A stretch of DNA of 64,000 bases from a virus: the IMG/VR virus record IMGVR_UViG_3300044647_001247, positions 1-64,000 of that record. One strand, given 5' to 3'. This document shows positions 1 to 9,441 of the stretch, in pieces. Both the position numbers and the translations under genes were made by a program. The notes below the pieces were generated by a model. The model ran no database searches and was not told the DNA's origin. It saw nothing but the letters and a program-made list of their open reading frames with translations. How positions within the stretch are numbered: the stretch's first letter is position 1; each line of letters begins with the position of its first letter.

Positions 1-262
1 GTAATTTTCTATCAAAAATTAAACACACATAATTGTCTTTTCCAATAAACTTTGGTAAGTTGTGTGTAAATCTATCTTCTACATAAAAGAAATTACAAAC
101 AATCAAACTTATTGTTTGTAATTTTTCAACAGTTAAGTTGCTATTATCAAAATATATTTCTTCCCAATCGTAGTTCTTACCTGTTTTAATTATTTTTACA
201 CCATTTTTTTTTGAGTAAATCAATAAGTTCTTTTTTATTTTTCATAACTTTCAATTTTTAAG

Positions 263-357
263 TAGTCAGGACAAGTTTCGAGCTTGCACGTTAGCTTTAC
301 ATTTCGTTGACTAACCGCACCTTAAAGCGAGCGTCTTACCAATTCCGCCACCTGACT
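263..357 (-). tRNA. tRNA-Leu(TAA)-like, class II, irregular anticodon arm
   Basis: Reverse complement: acceptor AGTCAGG/CCTGACT plus A73; D arm GGCGGAATTGGTAAGACGC; long variable arm GTTAG..CTAAC; T arm GCAAG-CTCGAAA-CTTGT; anticodon loop TTTAAGGT. Confidence 0.65.
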
Positions 358-368
358 ATTTGTTAGTG

Positions 369-626
369 TTAATTAACAGGATACAAAATTAATGTCCTTG
401 GTTTTGATTTTATTTCTTTCCATTTATCTTCTGACATACAAGCATCATCTGAAGTCCATCCCATTGAATAAACATTACCTGAATAAGTGTTATCAGGAAT
501 ATAAACAGAATCAGAGTCAACACCAGCAAGTGGACTATATCCGTTACCTTCACTATCTTTTTGTAAAACTACTTCCATTTCATTAGGAAGATTTGTTATT
601 AATTCTTTTAATTCTTTAATAGTCAT
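369..626 (-). CDS. hypothetical phage protein
   Basis: 85-aa ORF with the MTIKELKELITNLPNEMEVV..DSEGNGYSP N-terminus common in small phage early proteins; co-oriented with neighbours. Confidence 0.75.
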   Translation of the reverse strand: MTIKELKELITNLPNEMEVVLQKDSEGNGYSPLAGVDSDSVYIPDNTYSGNVYSMGWTSDDACMSEDKWKEIKSKPRTLILYPVN

Positions 627-653
627 AATTTTAAGTAGTTAAGAACAGATTAA

Positions 654-861
654 AAAACAACCAACTGCCTTCTAAGTAGGATATAATTAGCCATTAGGTG
701 TTCTGGAGTAAGGCAAATTCTAAAATCTTCCAGCCTTTTTAGTAATTATCATATACATTAACCTAAACCACTCACATCTTAGAACTGTGAGGTAACAGGA
801 CAGCTTTGCACTGCTTCCTACAAACCTTGTTACTGTCTAGTGTTTATCAGTTGGTTGTTTT
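654..861 (-). ncRNA. putative structured intergenic RNA (~210 nt)
   Basis: Perfect 14-bp terminal helix (654-667/848-861), internal hairpins, 3' U-tract on the minus strand, no ORF. Confidence 0.45.
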
Positions 862-868
862 ATAAGTT

Positions 869-1165
869 TTAGAACAATTCTGCTAACAAACCATTCAATC
901 TGTTAAGACCATCTTCCAATCCTTCAATTTGAAGCTGTGCATTTATAACAGCTTGAGAATCAAACGGTCTTGCAGATTTAGCAGCTTGTAACACTTGTTT
1001 ACTAGAGGCCAATGACCGTTTTGTAGCCAATACGTCTGCTTGCAATTGCTGTTGAGCTTCTTCTACCTGAAACTCCACTTGCTGTTCGTCTTTCTCCTTC
1101 TGTGATTGTTGCAACAGGTCTCTGTATTTTAATTGCTGTGCTACTAGTTGTGTTTCCTTTTTCAT
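869..1165 (-). CDS. coiled-coil hypothetical protein
   Basis: 98-aa Q/E/L-rich helical ORF; overlaps the 3' end of 1002..1823. Confidence 0.7.
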   Translation of the reverse strand: MKKETQLVAQQLKYRDLLQQSQKEKDEQQVEFQVEEAQQQLQADVLATKRSLASSKQVLQAAKSARPFDSQAVINAQLQIEGLEDGLNRLNGLLAELF

Positions 1166-1823
1166 TTTGTTTTGTTTTTATATGTGAATTAAACTCTTTA
1201 GGATATTTTTGAAAGAATACGTCAAACTTTTTATCACTAATAACAACATCCCAGAAATAATGTTTTTCTGGTGTTGATCCCCAACTAAATCCACCATCAG
1301 AGAGACAAGCATCTCTTTCAGCTACAAACACAGATATATCACGCTCACCTGTTTGTTCAAACTGTCTTTGAAGCATCATTTCTACTATTTCAGGAGGAAA
1401 ATCAGCTATTTCTCCTTGATATGAAAGAGAAGGTTTAGCACCATATTTTTCATAATAAACTTTATATATACCATGATTTATATCGTACCAAAACTCACCC
1501 TTCTCTGGTGTGTTAGTCCATAGAAATCCTAGAATATAGCGTTTTGGCCATTCTTGTTCCACTCTTCTATCAAGAGCTAACATAATGATTTCTTCAGGCA
1601 TATCTTTTGGATAATTCACCTTTGGATATTTATCATAGAAAACATCAAACTCTTTTTTATGAATAACAACAGCCCAGAAATCATGTTCTTCAGGTGTATC
1701 AGACCATCTAAAACCAGCAGTTTTACATCCTTGAAATACGCTCCAATCTTTCTTACCATATTTCTGTTGCTGTCTATACATCATAAGATGTCTTATTTCT
1801 ATTGGAAATTCATCTACAGTCAT
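1002..1823 (-). CDS. protein with three tandem ~65-aa repeats (FPxEI..M..RQ..GFxWxxTPE..FW..FDVFxxKYP)
   Basis: Three internal repeats visible in the translation. Confidence 0.8.
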   Translation of the reverse strand: MTVDEFPIEIRHLMMYRQQQKYGKKDWSVFQGCKTAGFRWSDTPEEHDFWAVVIHKKEFDVFYDKYPKVNYPKDMPEEIIMLALDRRVEQEWPKRYILGFLWTNTPEKGEFWYDINHGIYKVYYEKYGAKPSLSYQGEIADFPPEIVEMMLQRQFEQTGERDISVFVAERDACLSDGGFSWGSTPEKHYFWDVVISDKKFDVFFQKYPKEFNSHIKTKQNEKGNTTSSTAIKIQRPVATITEGERRTASGVSGRRSSTAIASRRIGYKTVIGL

Positions 1824-1834
1824 AATGTGTGTTT

Positions 1835-2047
1835 TTAAAAGTTAGGTACAGTAATTTTACTACTTACTTTTTCTATATCTTCAATAAATAATCCTGCAGA
1901 GGAAGAATCTCCCACACCCCCAGGTAAAAAATAACTACATTTAGGTTCTTGTTTATCATAAGAATAAAAACAAGGAGTAGGAGTTTTATAACCATAAATT
2001 AAAACCCAATACCAACCATTTTCTTTAGGTAAGTCTTCTAATTTCAT
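1835..2047 (-). CDS. hypothetical protein (probable start MKLEDLPK)
   Basis: ORF 1835..2119; the ATG at 2047 removes the overlap; LPKENGWYW motif. Confidence 0.6.
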   Translation of the reverse strand: MKLEDLPKENGWYWVLIYGYKTPTPCFYSYDKQEPKCSYFLPGGVGDSSSAGLFIEDIEKVSSKITVPNF

Positions 2048-2051
2048 AATT

Positions 2052-2294
2052 TTATCTCTTTTTAATGTTAAAGAATTTATTAGTAGTAAATGGTTTTTTA
2101 TTTTGACTATATAACTCAATAGATGTAAACATATACATCATTATAAAAGTAAATGTATTAAGTATAGGAAATATAACTAAAAATACATCTTTTTCATTTG
2201 GATTAATATTTGTCCATAATTTATTATATGTCCATCTAATTACAACATAAGACAACAAACAAGAAACAATGTAAATAATAATAAAATAAATCAT
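2052..2294 (-). CDS. small membrane protein
   Basis: Two hydrophobic segments; PILNT motif. Confidence 0.65.
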   Translation of the reverse strand: MIYFIIIYIVSCLLSYVVIRWTYNKLWTNINPNEKDVFLVIFPILNTFTFIMMYMFTSIELYSQNKKPFTTNKFFNIKKR

Positions 2295-2309
2295 AATATG
2301 TGTTTTTAT

Positions 2310-2501
2310 TTAATAAGTAATTCTTACATGAGCAAATAGCCATATTATTCCCAAAATACAATAAAATATTACAGATAAAAAACAACATATACCAGTTAAC
2401 AGTCCAATTGGTCCCATTTCACCCTCTTCAATTACACTACTTAATATTCCAAGAAGAAGAGTGACTATTAGAGGTATTAAATATAAATGTATTGTTATCA
2501 T
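2310..2501 (-). CDS. small two-TM membrane protein
   Basis: 63 aa, two hydrophobic helices; 4-bp overlap with the upstream ORF. Confidence 0.6.
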   Translation of the reverse strand: MITIHLYLIPLIVTLLLGILSSVIEEGEMGPIGLLTGICCFLSVIFYCILGIIWLFAHVRITY

Positions 2502-2875
2502 GGCTTTACGTATTTACCTTTAAACTCCACTGTTACACCAATAGTGGCAAAATGCTTTGTAATGGCTATTTCCCTTTCTTCTGATGTAATAACACTATCA
2601 TCATTTATTCTTACAGCTTTAGCTGTAAATGCTGAATTATAACCTGGAGAAGCAAGTAAATCTGGTATATCCCAATCAGCAGCTATACTACCAGGAGTTT
2701 GTTTGTTTAGTAAATCTTTCTTAGAAATACCCATTTGATGGCACCTAAATCCAAGACAGCACATAAAACCCTCAGAGTTTAAAAGAAACGTACCTCCAAT
2801 TCCTGTTTCGTTTTTACTATTGTAAATTCCTCCTGTTCTCCATTTTGCTCTGTTAATAATTAAATAGTCTTTCAT
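2498..2875 (-). CDS. hypothetical protein (G.MCCLG motif)
   Basis: 125-aa ORF with LLNSEGFMCCLGF and INDD motifs typical of a phage family. Confidence 0.75.
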   Translation of the reverse strand: MKDYLIINRAKWRTGGIYNSKNETGIGGTFLLNSEGFMCCLGFRCHQMGISKKDLLNKQTPGSIAADWDIPDLLASPGYNSAFTAKAVRINDDSVITSEEREIAITKHFATIGVTVEFKGKYVKP

Positions 2876-2896
2876 TGTAAAAATGTTTTAAAAATA

Positions 2897-2997
2897 CAGC
2901 GGGGGCTTTACCTTTTATCCAACACTAGCATATGAGGTGTTCCTAAAGCAAGGACTTTTTCATACCTAATACGTGATAATAGCATAAAGCCCCGCTG
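2897..2997 (-). ncRNA. putative structured intergenic RNA (~100 nt)
   Basis: GC-rich 13-bp closing helix cagcgggggcttta/taaagccccgctg with one bulge. Confidence 0.35.
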
Positions 2998-3006
2998 CAT
3001 TATAAA

Positions 3007-3813
3007 TTATTTAATCACTTTGACAAAAGGTAACCCACTACCTGACCATGTTCCAGGTAATACACCATTCCATTTATCAATGGCTTTTTGTTCTAAAATT
3101 TGTGGAGTTATACCTCTAGAGCGTATAATATCTTCTTGAGCTTGTAATTCAGCTAATTCATTCTTTTTTCTTTGTTCAGTAATTTGTTGATCAATTACAG
3201 AAATATTAGTATTAACTTCATTACGAGTGTCAATTTTAGTCTTTACCTTTTCAGAAAAGTCTAAATTAGAACTAAAAGATATAAGTTCCAAACCAGCAAG
3301 TTCAAAAGATTTTTTAACTATTTCTTGAACTCGTTGTTCAAATAGTAAAGAACCACCTTGAGCCATTAAAGTGTCTGTAGTGTATTTTCTGCTTTCTTTT
3401 TTAATAATATCATAAATACGAGGTTCTAATACATTGTCTTCTAATGCTCTCATAAAGCCATCACCGGATCCAAGTCTAGAATTTTGAAAAACAAGATCAA
3501 CAACTTTAGTTTCAATAGCTTTATATTAATATACAGGTTTAGAAGTAAATTCTGTGTTATCAGAAGCTTTAAGTTTTAACAGCTTGTCTGTGCCATCATC
3601 ATTTTGAAAAGCACCTCTTTGTTCCCATGCAGGAACTTGAAACAATTCTGTTCCTGGACTCCAGGTTGGAACTCTACCTTGTTGGCGTGAGTAATCACTC
3701 TTACCAGATTTACCATAATTCTCCATTAAAACACCATACCAATTAGGTGCTACTCTTTCACATGATGTAAAAGCAAAAGCTGCAATAGCTAAAACTAAAA
3801 TTAATTTTTTCAT
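3007..3813 (-). pseudogene. SPFH/band-7 (prohibitin-like) lipoprotein interrupted by one in-frame TAA at 3526-3528
   Basis: ORFs 3526..3813 and 3007..3453 share a frame and are joined by 24 sense codons (KPVY*YKAIETKVVDLVFQNSRLGSGDGFMRALED); lipobox FTSC; SPFH-type C-terminus (ITPQILEQKAIDKWNGVLP). Confidence 0.75.
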
Positions 3814-3977
3814 TTATTTTGTTTTTTGTTGTTTTTAAAAATTTTTGTTGATGCATAATATGTCAATCCTATAAAAATAGCCCAAGCTAACCAAGGATTA
3901 ACATGATTAAATGTCCATACTGTAGTAAAGAATCCTACAGCAAAAAATAATACAGTAAAAAAGATTTTGTTTAACAT
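3810..3977 (-). CDS. small membrane protein upstream of SPFH gene (55 aa, not in ORF track)
   Basis: MLNKIFFTVLFFAVGFFTTVWTFNHVNPWLAWAIFIGLTYY...; its TGA overlaps the SPFH ATG. Confidence 0.65.
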   Translation of the reverse strand: MLNKIFFTVLFFAVGFFTTVWTFNHVNPWLAWAIFIGLTYYASTKIFKNNKKQNK

Positions 3978-3993
3978 AAAAGTGTAATAGATT

Positions 3994-4031
3994 AAAAGTA
4001 ATGGGAGAATTAATATAATTCTCCCATTTTT
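3994..4031 (-). terminator. hairpin, probable intrinsic terminator
   Basis: aatgggagaatt/aattctcccatt stem downstream of the AAA gene. Confidence 0.55.
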
Positions 4032-4036
4032 GTAGT

Positions 4037-5482
4037 TTAATTGGTAGTAAATTCTTGTGTTCCATAGCCTTCTTTAAGACCAGGAAAAGCTCTACCTATT
4101 GATTTATACATGACATTACTAAGTAATGTATCCACTGTATTGTCTTTCACTTGATCTTCACGCATAAATTCTATATGATGCCTCATAGAAGCAATAGAAT
4201 CCAAGAATACATCAGTAGAAATAATTCCACCATGAAGCTTTTCTGCATATTTTCTTGCACGACGACCAATTTCAGCAACTACAGCACCTTGTAAATTTTT
4301 AGGAGCAGCAACTGCAGCTGCAGAAAAATCTACATTTTCAAAACCACGCATACCTTCAACATGTAATTGAAAGATTTTACTAATCATTACATCATCACAG
4401 TAGTCAAAGTGTACCACTTGATCAATACGTCCTGGACGACGCATAGCTGGATTGATCTTTTTATGATTATTAGTAGTGAAAATAAATGTACAGTTTACAT
4501 TTTTAAGTTCATTACCATCTAATTGATTTAAAAGATCATTCATACGGCTATCACGATCACCAGCTGATATTTGATCTACGTCTTCTACAAATACCATACA
4601 AGGTTGGTAATTCTTTAAGTAAGGAATAAGACTGTCAAATAAATCAGCATTATGAAGATAGAAGAAAGTACGGCCGTATAATTGTTTACCTGCTATACCA
4701 ATACGAATAGCTGTTTCTGTTTTTCCTGTGCCAAAATCACCAGTGAATAACAAAGATGTTTTAGTTTTATCAGCTAATGAAGGAATGATAAGATTACCAA
4801 TGATGCGTTCAACCTCATTACTTAAAACAATTTTCTTGTTTTCTTTAGGATTGATTGGATTAGCTAATAAACCACCTCTCACTTCACTAATTGTAACAGC
4901 ACAAGATTTAACAACTGAGTTTTGAATAATGTATTTTTCAACTTCTTCCAAGAAAGAATTGACTTCTTTCTCATACTTAAGTTTAACTTTTACATTAATA
5001 GTTCCATTTGGATAAATATCCAAAATAGCATCTTCCCAACATGGTGCTAATACAGAACCAACATATCCTTGTTGAGTTTGTAATTCACCATCTGCACCAT
5101 AACAAATAGGTATTTGTATATAATCATTTACTGCTGCATCACCACTTGTATCACGACGGCTTACGTGAATCATACCAAAATACTTTTTTATCATGGCATT
5201 CATTGCCACCATAAAATCATTCATGAAAAAATGCTTATAATGACGTTTATAAACACGAGTTGTTTCTTCTTCTTCAAACTGTTTTAACAAATTATAAGAA
5301 GCTTGCAATTTATTCATTGAAGTTGGAATAACCACTTTATGCAAGTTTTCCATTGAAATGGTTTCTGTACCATCTTTTCTGTCAGGAGAGAAATTATTTT
5401 TGTCCATCAAGTAAATTTGTTCGTCTTTAACTTCATCAATCATGAATTTATTTACACGATCTTGTAAGGTTTTGTTACTCAT
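4037..5482 (-). CDS. classical AAA+ ATPase
   Basis: Walker A GDFGTGKT, Walker B VFVEDVD, second region of homology TTNN..INPAMRRPGRID. Confidence 0.9.
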   Translation of the reverse strand: MSNKTLQDRVNKFMIDEVKDEQIYLMDKNNFSPDRKDGTETISMENLHKVVIPTSMNKLQASYNLLKQFEEEETTRVYKRHYKHFFMNDFMVAMNAMIKKYFGMIHVSRRDTSGDAAVNDYIQIPICYGADGELQTQQGYVGSVLAPCWEDAILDIYPNGTINVKVKLKYEKEVNSFLEEVEKYIIQNSVVKSCAVTISEVRGGLLANPINPKENKKIVLSNEVERIIGNLIIPSLADKTKTSLLFTGDFGTGKTETAIRIGIAGKQLYGRTFFYLHNADLFDSLIPYLKNYQPCMVFVEDVDQISAGDRDSRMNDLLNQLDGNELKNVNCTFIFTTNNHKKINPAMRRPGRIDQVVHFDYCDDVMISKIFQLHVEGMRGFENVDFSAAAVAAPKNLQGAVVAEIGRRARKYAEKLHGGIISTDVFLDSIASMRHHIEFMREDQVKDNTVDTLLSNVMYKSIGRAFPGLKEGYGTQEFTTN

Positions 5483-5498
5483 TTTTTGGTAATTTAGA

Positions 5499-5783
5499 TT
5501 ATTTAATTATTATTGTCAACTTTGTTTTACGATTACCTCTGTTAATTCTAGAAATAATCATTTGTTTTTCCAATGATTTTAAAGATCTTGTTACTGTAAC
5601 AGGTGCAATACTCAATTCAGAAGCAATAGTGTTCACACTAACTACTAACTGATTATTCTCGCTATCTGCAAATGTACATAAGTAAGCATACATTGCTTTA
5701 TCTCGTATACATATGTTTGGATCTCTCATTACAATACATGTACAAAATCCAAAACCACCTTTTTTTAAACGTGGATTAGACAT
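5499..5783 (-). CDS. winged helix-turn-helix DNA-binding protein
   Basis: KAMYAYLCTFA..SVNTIASELSIAPVTVTRSLKSLEK, a replication-initiator-type HTH pattern. Confidence 0.8.
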   Translation of the reverse strand: MSNPRLKKGGFGFCTCIVMRDPNICIRDKAMYAYLCTFADSENNQLVVSVNTIASELSIAPVTVTRSLKSLEKQMIISRINRGNRKTKLTIIIK

Positions 5784-5796
5784 AATACTAGTTTAT

Positions 5797-6417
5797 TTAT
5801 TGTGAATCATCAGATTGATTCACAATATTGTTTAAAAGTTGCGTAATTTCTTTATCAGAACTGTCATCAAAAGGATGATTACTCCATTTATAGAGTAGTT
5901 TAAGATAACTATCTACATTATAGTTTGATTTCTTAACAAGCTCAATGCGTTTAAACATTGTTTCTTTACTCATTTTATCAATCATTTCAATGTCTTCTTC
6001 ATCATTTTCTTCTTTGTCTTCTTCTTTTTGTTTCAATTTTTGAACATGTTCAATCAACTCTAATATTTTAAGTTTAACAACATCTTCATCATTTTTTAAA
6101 TCTTTTTCCACTTTGTAATGAGCAAAAGACTTAATCGCTAATTCTTCATATTGTCTGAAAAAGATTAACATAGAATAGAGTTCTAATTCATTAGTAGCTA
6201 ATTTTACTACTCTTTCTAGATCACCTGTTAAGGTTTTTAGTTCTCTAGGACAAATTCCTTTTTCGTCATCTTCTCCATATAAGTCATATCTTTGAAGAGC
6301 ACTTGAAAAAGCACAAAAAAATATTTTTTCTCTTGCTTTAATTCTAGTATCATCATTAATACCAATAGCATCAGTGAAAGCTGTAATTTCATGATTGAAA
6401 ATAAATTTAGTTTCCAT
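5797..6417 (-). CDS. hypothetical protein
   Basis: 206-aa ORF with an acidic linker. Confidence 0.75.
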   Translation of the reverse strand: METKFIFNHEITAFTDAIGINDDTRIKAREKIFFCAFSSALQRYDLYGEDDEKGICPRELKTLTGDLERVVKLATNELELYSMLIFFRQYEELAIKSFAHYKVEKDLKNDEDVVKLKILELIEHVQKLKQKEEDKEENDEEDIEMIDKMSKETMFKRIELVKKSNYNVDSYLKLLYKWSNHPFDDSSDKEITQLLNNIVNQSDDSQ

Positions 6418-6728
6418 TTTTAATTAATTTATTTGATTAGGAAATAAAAAAAAGCTGGCTTAACGTACCAGTTGTGTGTGGGTTTCTTACATCTAAACAG
6501 TTAAACTGGATAGGTTCAGTGTTATATAACTACTTATTTTGTACGTATATATATTTATAAATAAAAGTTTCGTCACCCCAATTACGGCAAGTGTTGCTTA
6601 ACATTTAAGTAAGATGAAATACATCATCAGCTTTTTCCTCCTGCAGCATCTCATTAGTTGATCAGACTTGATACCAAGGTTTGGAACATGAGCAGTGTCC
6701 ACGCTAGTTAATGCTAGCCTCACCGAGT

Positions 6729-7118
6729 TTAACTATTTAGATGTATGTTGTTATTTTGATCAATAACAAGCTTAGCCATTGACTTTTTGTGAATCTGAAT
6801 AGTAAAATCTTTAAAAAAGACAGTTCTGTATTCAACTTTTAATGGTTGACTACTTGATGTAGTTTCATTTTTAGTAGCCATGTTTTTTCTTCTTGTTACC
6901 CATGCTTTAAGTCTACTAGCAGATAGCTCATCTTTTGCTGGTGTTATTGTAACAAGACCATCAGCTTTAAGTCTTTTAATTCTTTGTTTTAACGCTTCTA
7001 CTGTTCTAAGATTATACTTAGACATTAATTCTTTTTGATTTAATTTTTCAGAATTAACATCAATTATAAAACTTTTTAATTCTTGATTAGTAAAACGTCT
7101 GTTTGCAATAGTTTTCAT
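6729..7118 (-). CDS. basic putative DNA-binding protein
   Basis: HTH-like N-terminus and an SRLKAWVTRRKN motif. Confidence 0.65.
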   Translation of the reverse strand: MKTIANRRFTNQELKSFIIDVNSEKLNQKELMSKYNLRTVEALKQRIKRLKADGLVTITPAKDELSASRLKAWVTRRKNMATKNETTSSSQPLKVEYRTVFFKDFTIQIHKKSMAKLVIDQNNNIHLNS

Positions 7119-7127
7119 AATTAATTT

Positions 7128-7730
7128 TTATGAGTTAGTAAATAAATAAAGAGACATTGGAACTCGAGACCCTTTATTTCTGTATTTCAGAATTTTTTGA
7201 AGGGTGAAATTTGGATGAACAATTTTAGTCATTTTAGTAAGCATTTTAGGAAACACTTTATATCTAAAATTGTCCATGTTTGCACAATTGTACAATTCAG
7301 TAAAAACTTTACTTTTTTGCTCACGACTTGAAGATAGAGTGAATGCAAAAATAGATTTTTTCTTTATAGTAGTTTGTGCAGCGGATATAAGATTGTTTAA
7401 ATTTGATACAGATAGATTACCACAAAGATCTAACCAAACAACATCATATGTATTAGGATTAGCTTGTAGCTTATCAAAAATGTCACCAAATTCATAATTA
7501 ATCTTACAAGGAACATCATTTTTCACTTCTACAAAAAGTGATTGATTTATTTCCATACAATCAATAATAGCATCAGGATATTTTTCAAGCACCATTTTTT
7601 CAAAAATGAAATTATTTGCTGGTAGACTTAAAATACGTATTTTGCGTTTATTCAATGTTGAAATTTGATCGAAGACATACTGTCTAGTTTTATGTTTCTT
7701 TTCAGAATAATGTTGATTAAATCTAGCCAT
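7128..7730 (-). CDS. SAM-dependent methyltransferase-like protein
   Basis: Rossmann-type strand pattern ILSLPA / IDCMEIN / FGDIFD / YDVVWLDLCG. Confidence 0.6.
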   Translation of the reverse strand: MARFNQHYSEKKHKTRQYVFDQISTLNKRKIRILSLPANNFIFEKMVLEKYPDAIIDCMEINQSLFVEVKNDVPCKINYEFGDIFDKLQANPNTYDVVWLDLCGNLSVSNLNNLISAAQTTIKKKSIFAFTLSSSREQKSKVFTELYNCANMDNFRYKVFPKMLTKMTKIVHPNFTLQKILKYRNKGSRVPMSLYLFTNS

Positions 7731-7745
7731 AGGTTTATCAATTTA

Positions 7746-8183
7746 TTATAATGATTGAATTAGAGGAAGTATTTTTAGAGCTTCTTCATAAGAAGTGGCC
7801 CAAATTTTATATCCGTCAATTTCATACTTGACTTTGACTGGTTGAACATTAATTTCTTTATTTCCCCATACAGATTCATCATTAAGAATACACACTGGTA
7901 TCCATACAAAACCTGATTCCACACTTTTTTCAGTGCGTTTAACAATGTTGTTCTTTACAAGAAAATCTAATACACCTTGATTTTCACTGCAATCTTTAAT
8001 AAGTATTTCATTTTCTTCCAAAAGAACATCAGGAAGATTTACAGAAGCAACAGCATAAGGAATACCATCTTCAACATCAATAAGTTCTAAACAAGTTCTA
8101 TCATTAGAATACTTACTTTTGTTAATTAACACTTCTGATACTTTTTTATCAAAAGGACTCGTAATGTAAAATGTTTTTTTCAT
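7746..8183 (-). CDS. hypothetical phage protein
   Basis: PYAVASVNLP..IKDCSENQGVLDFLVKNNIV..SGFV pattern recurrent in phage proteins. Confidence 0.75.
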   Translation of the reverse strand: MKKTFYITSPFDKKVSEVLINKSKYSNDRTCLELIDVEDGIPYAVASVNLPDVLLEENEILIKDCSENQGVLDFLVKNNIVKRTEKSVESGFVWIPVCILNDESVWGNKEINVQPVKVKYEIDGYKIWATSYEEALKILPLIQSL

Positions 8184-9306
8184 TTTTAATAGTTAAAGAT
8201 TTTAAAATTTGGTTTACTTCTTCTATAAAATCATTCAAATAAGGAAATTCTTTTTCTGTATCAAATCTTTCATTTCTAATAGATAAAAATTGACCCGAAA
8301 CTGCTTTATTACCAATTATATTAACTGATAAAGTGGCTCCATGTTTAGAAACATATCTGTTTTCACTATTAGAATTACTAAAATGAAACAATAAACATTC
8401 ACCACTCATCATTTTTTTAACATAATTAGTGTATACACAATGTTTCATTTGTTTACCTTCTTTAAAAACATCTAATTCAGAAGCTAATAACTTAATATTA
8501 TCAGTTTCAAGTTGTTTAAACGGCAATGCATGTTCAACATCAGTAGTGTTAAGAGAATCTAATTCATAAGACATTAATTCATCAGTCATTCTCTTATGTT
8601 CTAAATTCATTCTAGAATCACTCCATCTGTAGTCAATTTTTTGATCTAATGTTATACATTGAGTATACATATCAGATATATGTAGGTCTTGTTTAGTCCA
8701 AGCTTTAGACAAAAAAAAATGATTTATATTTTTGGCTACACTACCAAATGATAAAAATTCATGTTTATATAAATTATTTTTAAGAGCTTCTTTAAAAAAC
8801 TTATGAGATGCATCTTTATATCCATACATACTCAATATTTTTTTTAATAACATTTCTTGGTTAGTAATTTTACCAACTATAACTTTACCCAAAATACTAG
8901 GCACTAAATAACTTATTAAAATTGAGTATGGTTTATTTTCATTAGTTAATTCATTATCTAATTGTTCTAACCAATCAATATTTAAAACTTTAATTATAGT
9001 TTTAATATCATGTGCAATTGAAGATATGTTATGATTAAACCACATTTTCATCCTACCTGATTTATCAACAGTAAAACCATTAACTCTATATTGTTTTTTA
9101 TAATACTTACCATGTTTACCACGATTAATATTATAAGAAATATCACGATAATGTATTGTTCCATCATCGTGTTTGATAATGTCCTTTACAAAAGCCATTT
9201 GACCTTTAATATCTTTATGATAATAAATATTTTTTTTGATATCATCAGGTCTTGATAAAAACTCATTAAAAGTGTTCATGTTATTTTCAGAAATAGTAGT
9301 TATCAT
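8149..9306 (-). CDS. PcfJ-like domain protein
   Basis: C-terminal EGKQMKHCV..Y..TL motif. Confidence 0.7.
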   Translation of the reverse strand: MITTISENNMNTFNEFLSRPDDIKKNIYYHKDIKGQMAFVKDIIKHDDGTIHYRDISYNINRGKHGKYYKKQYRVNGFTVDKSGRMKMWFNHNISSIAHDIKTIIKVLNIDWLEQLDNELTNENKPYSILISYLVPSILGKVIVGKITNQEMLLKKILSMYGYKDASHKFFKEALKNNLYKHEFLSFGSVAKNINHFFLSKAWTKQDLHISDMYTQCITLDQKIDYRWSDSRMNLEHKRMTDELMSYELDSLNTTDVEHALPFKQLETDNIKLLASELDVFKEGKQMKHCVYTNYVKKMMSGECLLFHFSNSNSENRYVSKHGATLSVNIIGNKAVSGQFLSIRNERFDTEKEFPYLNDFIEEVNQILKSLTIKNEKNILHYESF

Positions 9307-9321
9307 AAAAAATGTTTATTT

Positions 9322-9363
9322 AAAATAAAAATAGCCCAGTGTATATAACACACACTGGGCATT
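9322..9363 (-). terminator. intrinsic terminator
   Basis: gcccagtgt/acactgggc stem followed by a U-tract on the minus strand. Confidence 0.7.
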
Positions 9364-9441
9364 AGGAAAAAAACAGAAAGCAGAAAACATAAAAATTTTT
9401 ATTAGTCACCATCCAAGTCATGCTCTGGTTGTACCAATTCT

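Noticed and set aside
90-124. 14-bp inverted repeat at the end of a short ORF (93-245)
   Set aside because: Near the window edge with no context; could be a terminator or a template-switch scar.
318-330. Reading the 263-357 tRNA as an ochre (TTA) suppressor for the SPFH stop
   Set aside because: Centring TTA in a 7-nt loop leaves no pairable anticodon stem; TAA (Leu) fits better.
6566-6631. Hammerhead-like CTGATGA...GAAAC on the minus strand
   Set aside because: Stem II cannot close (T opposite C) and I could not build stems I and III.
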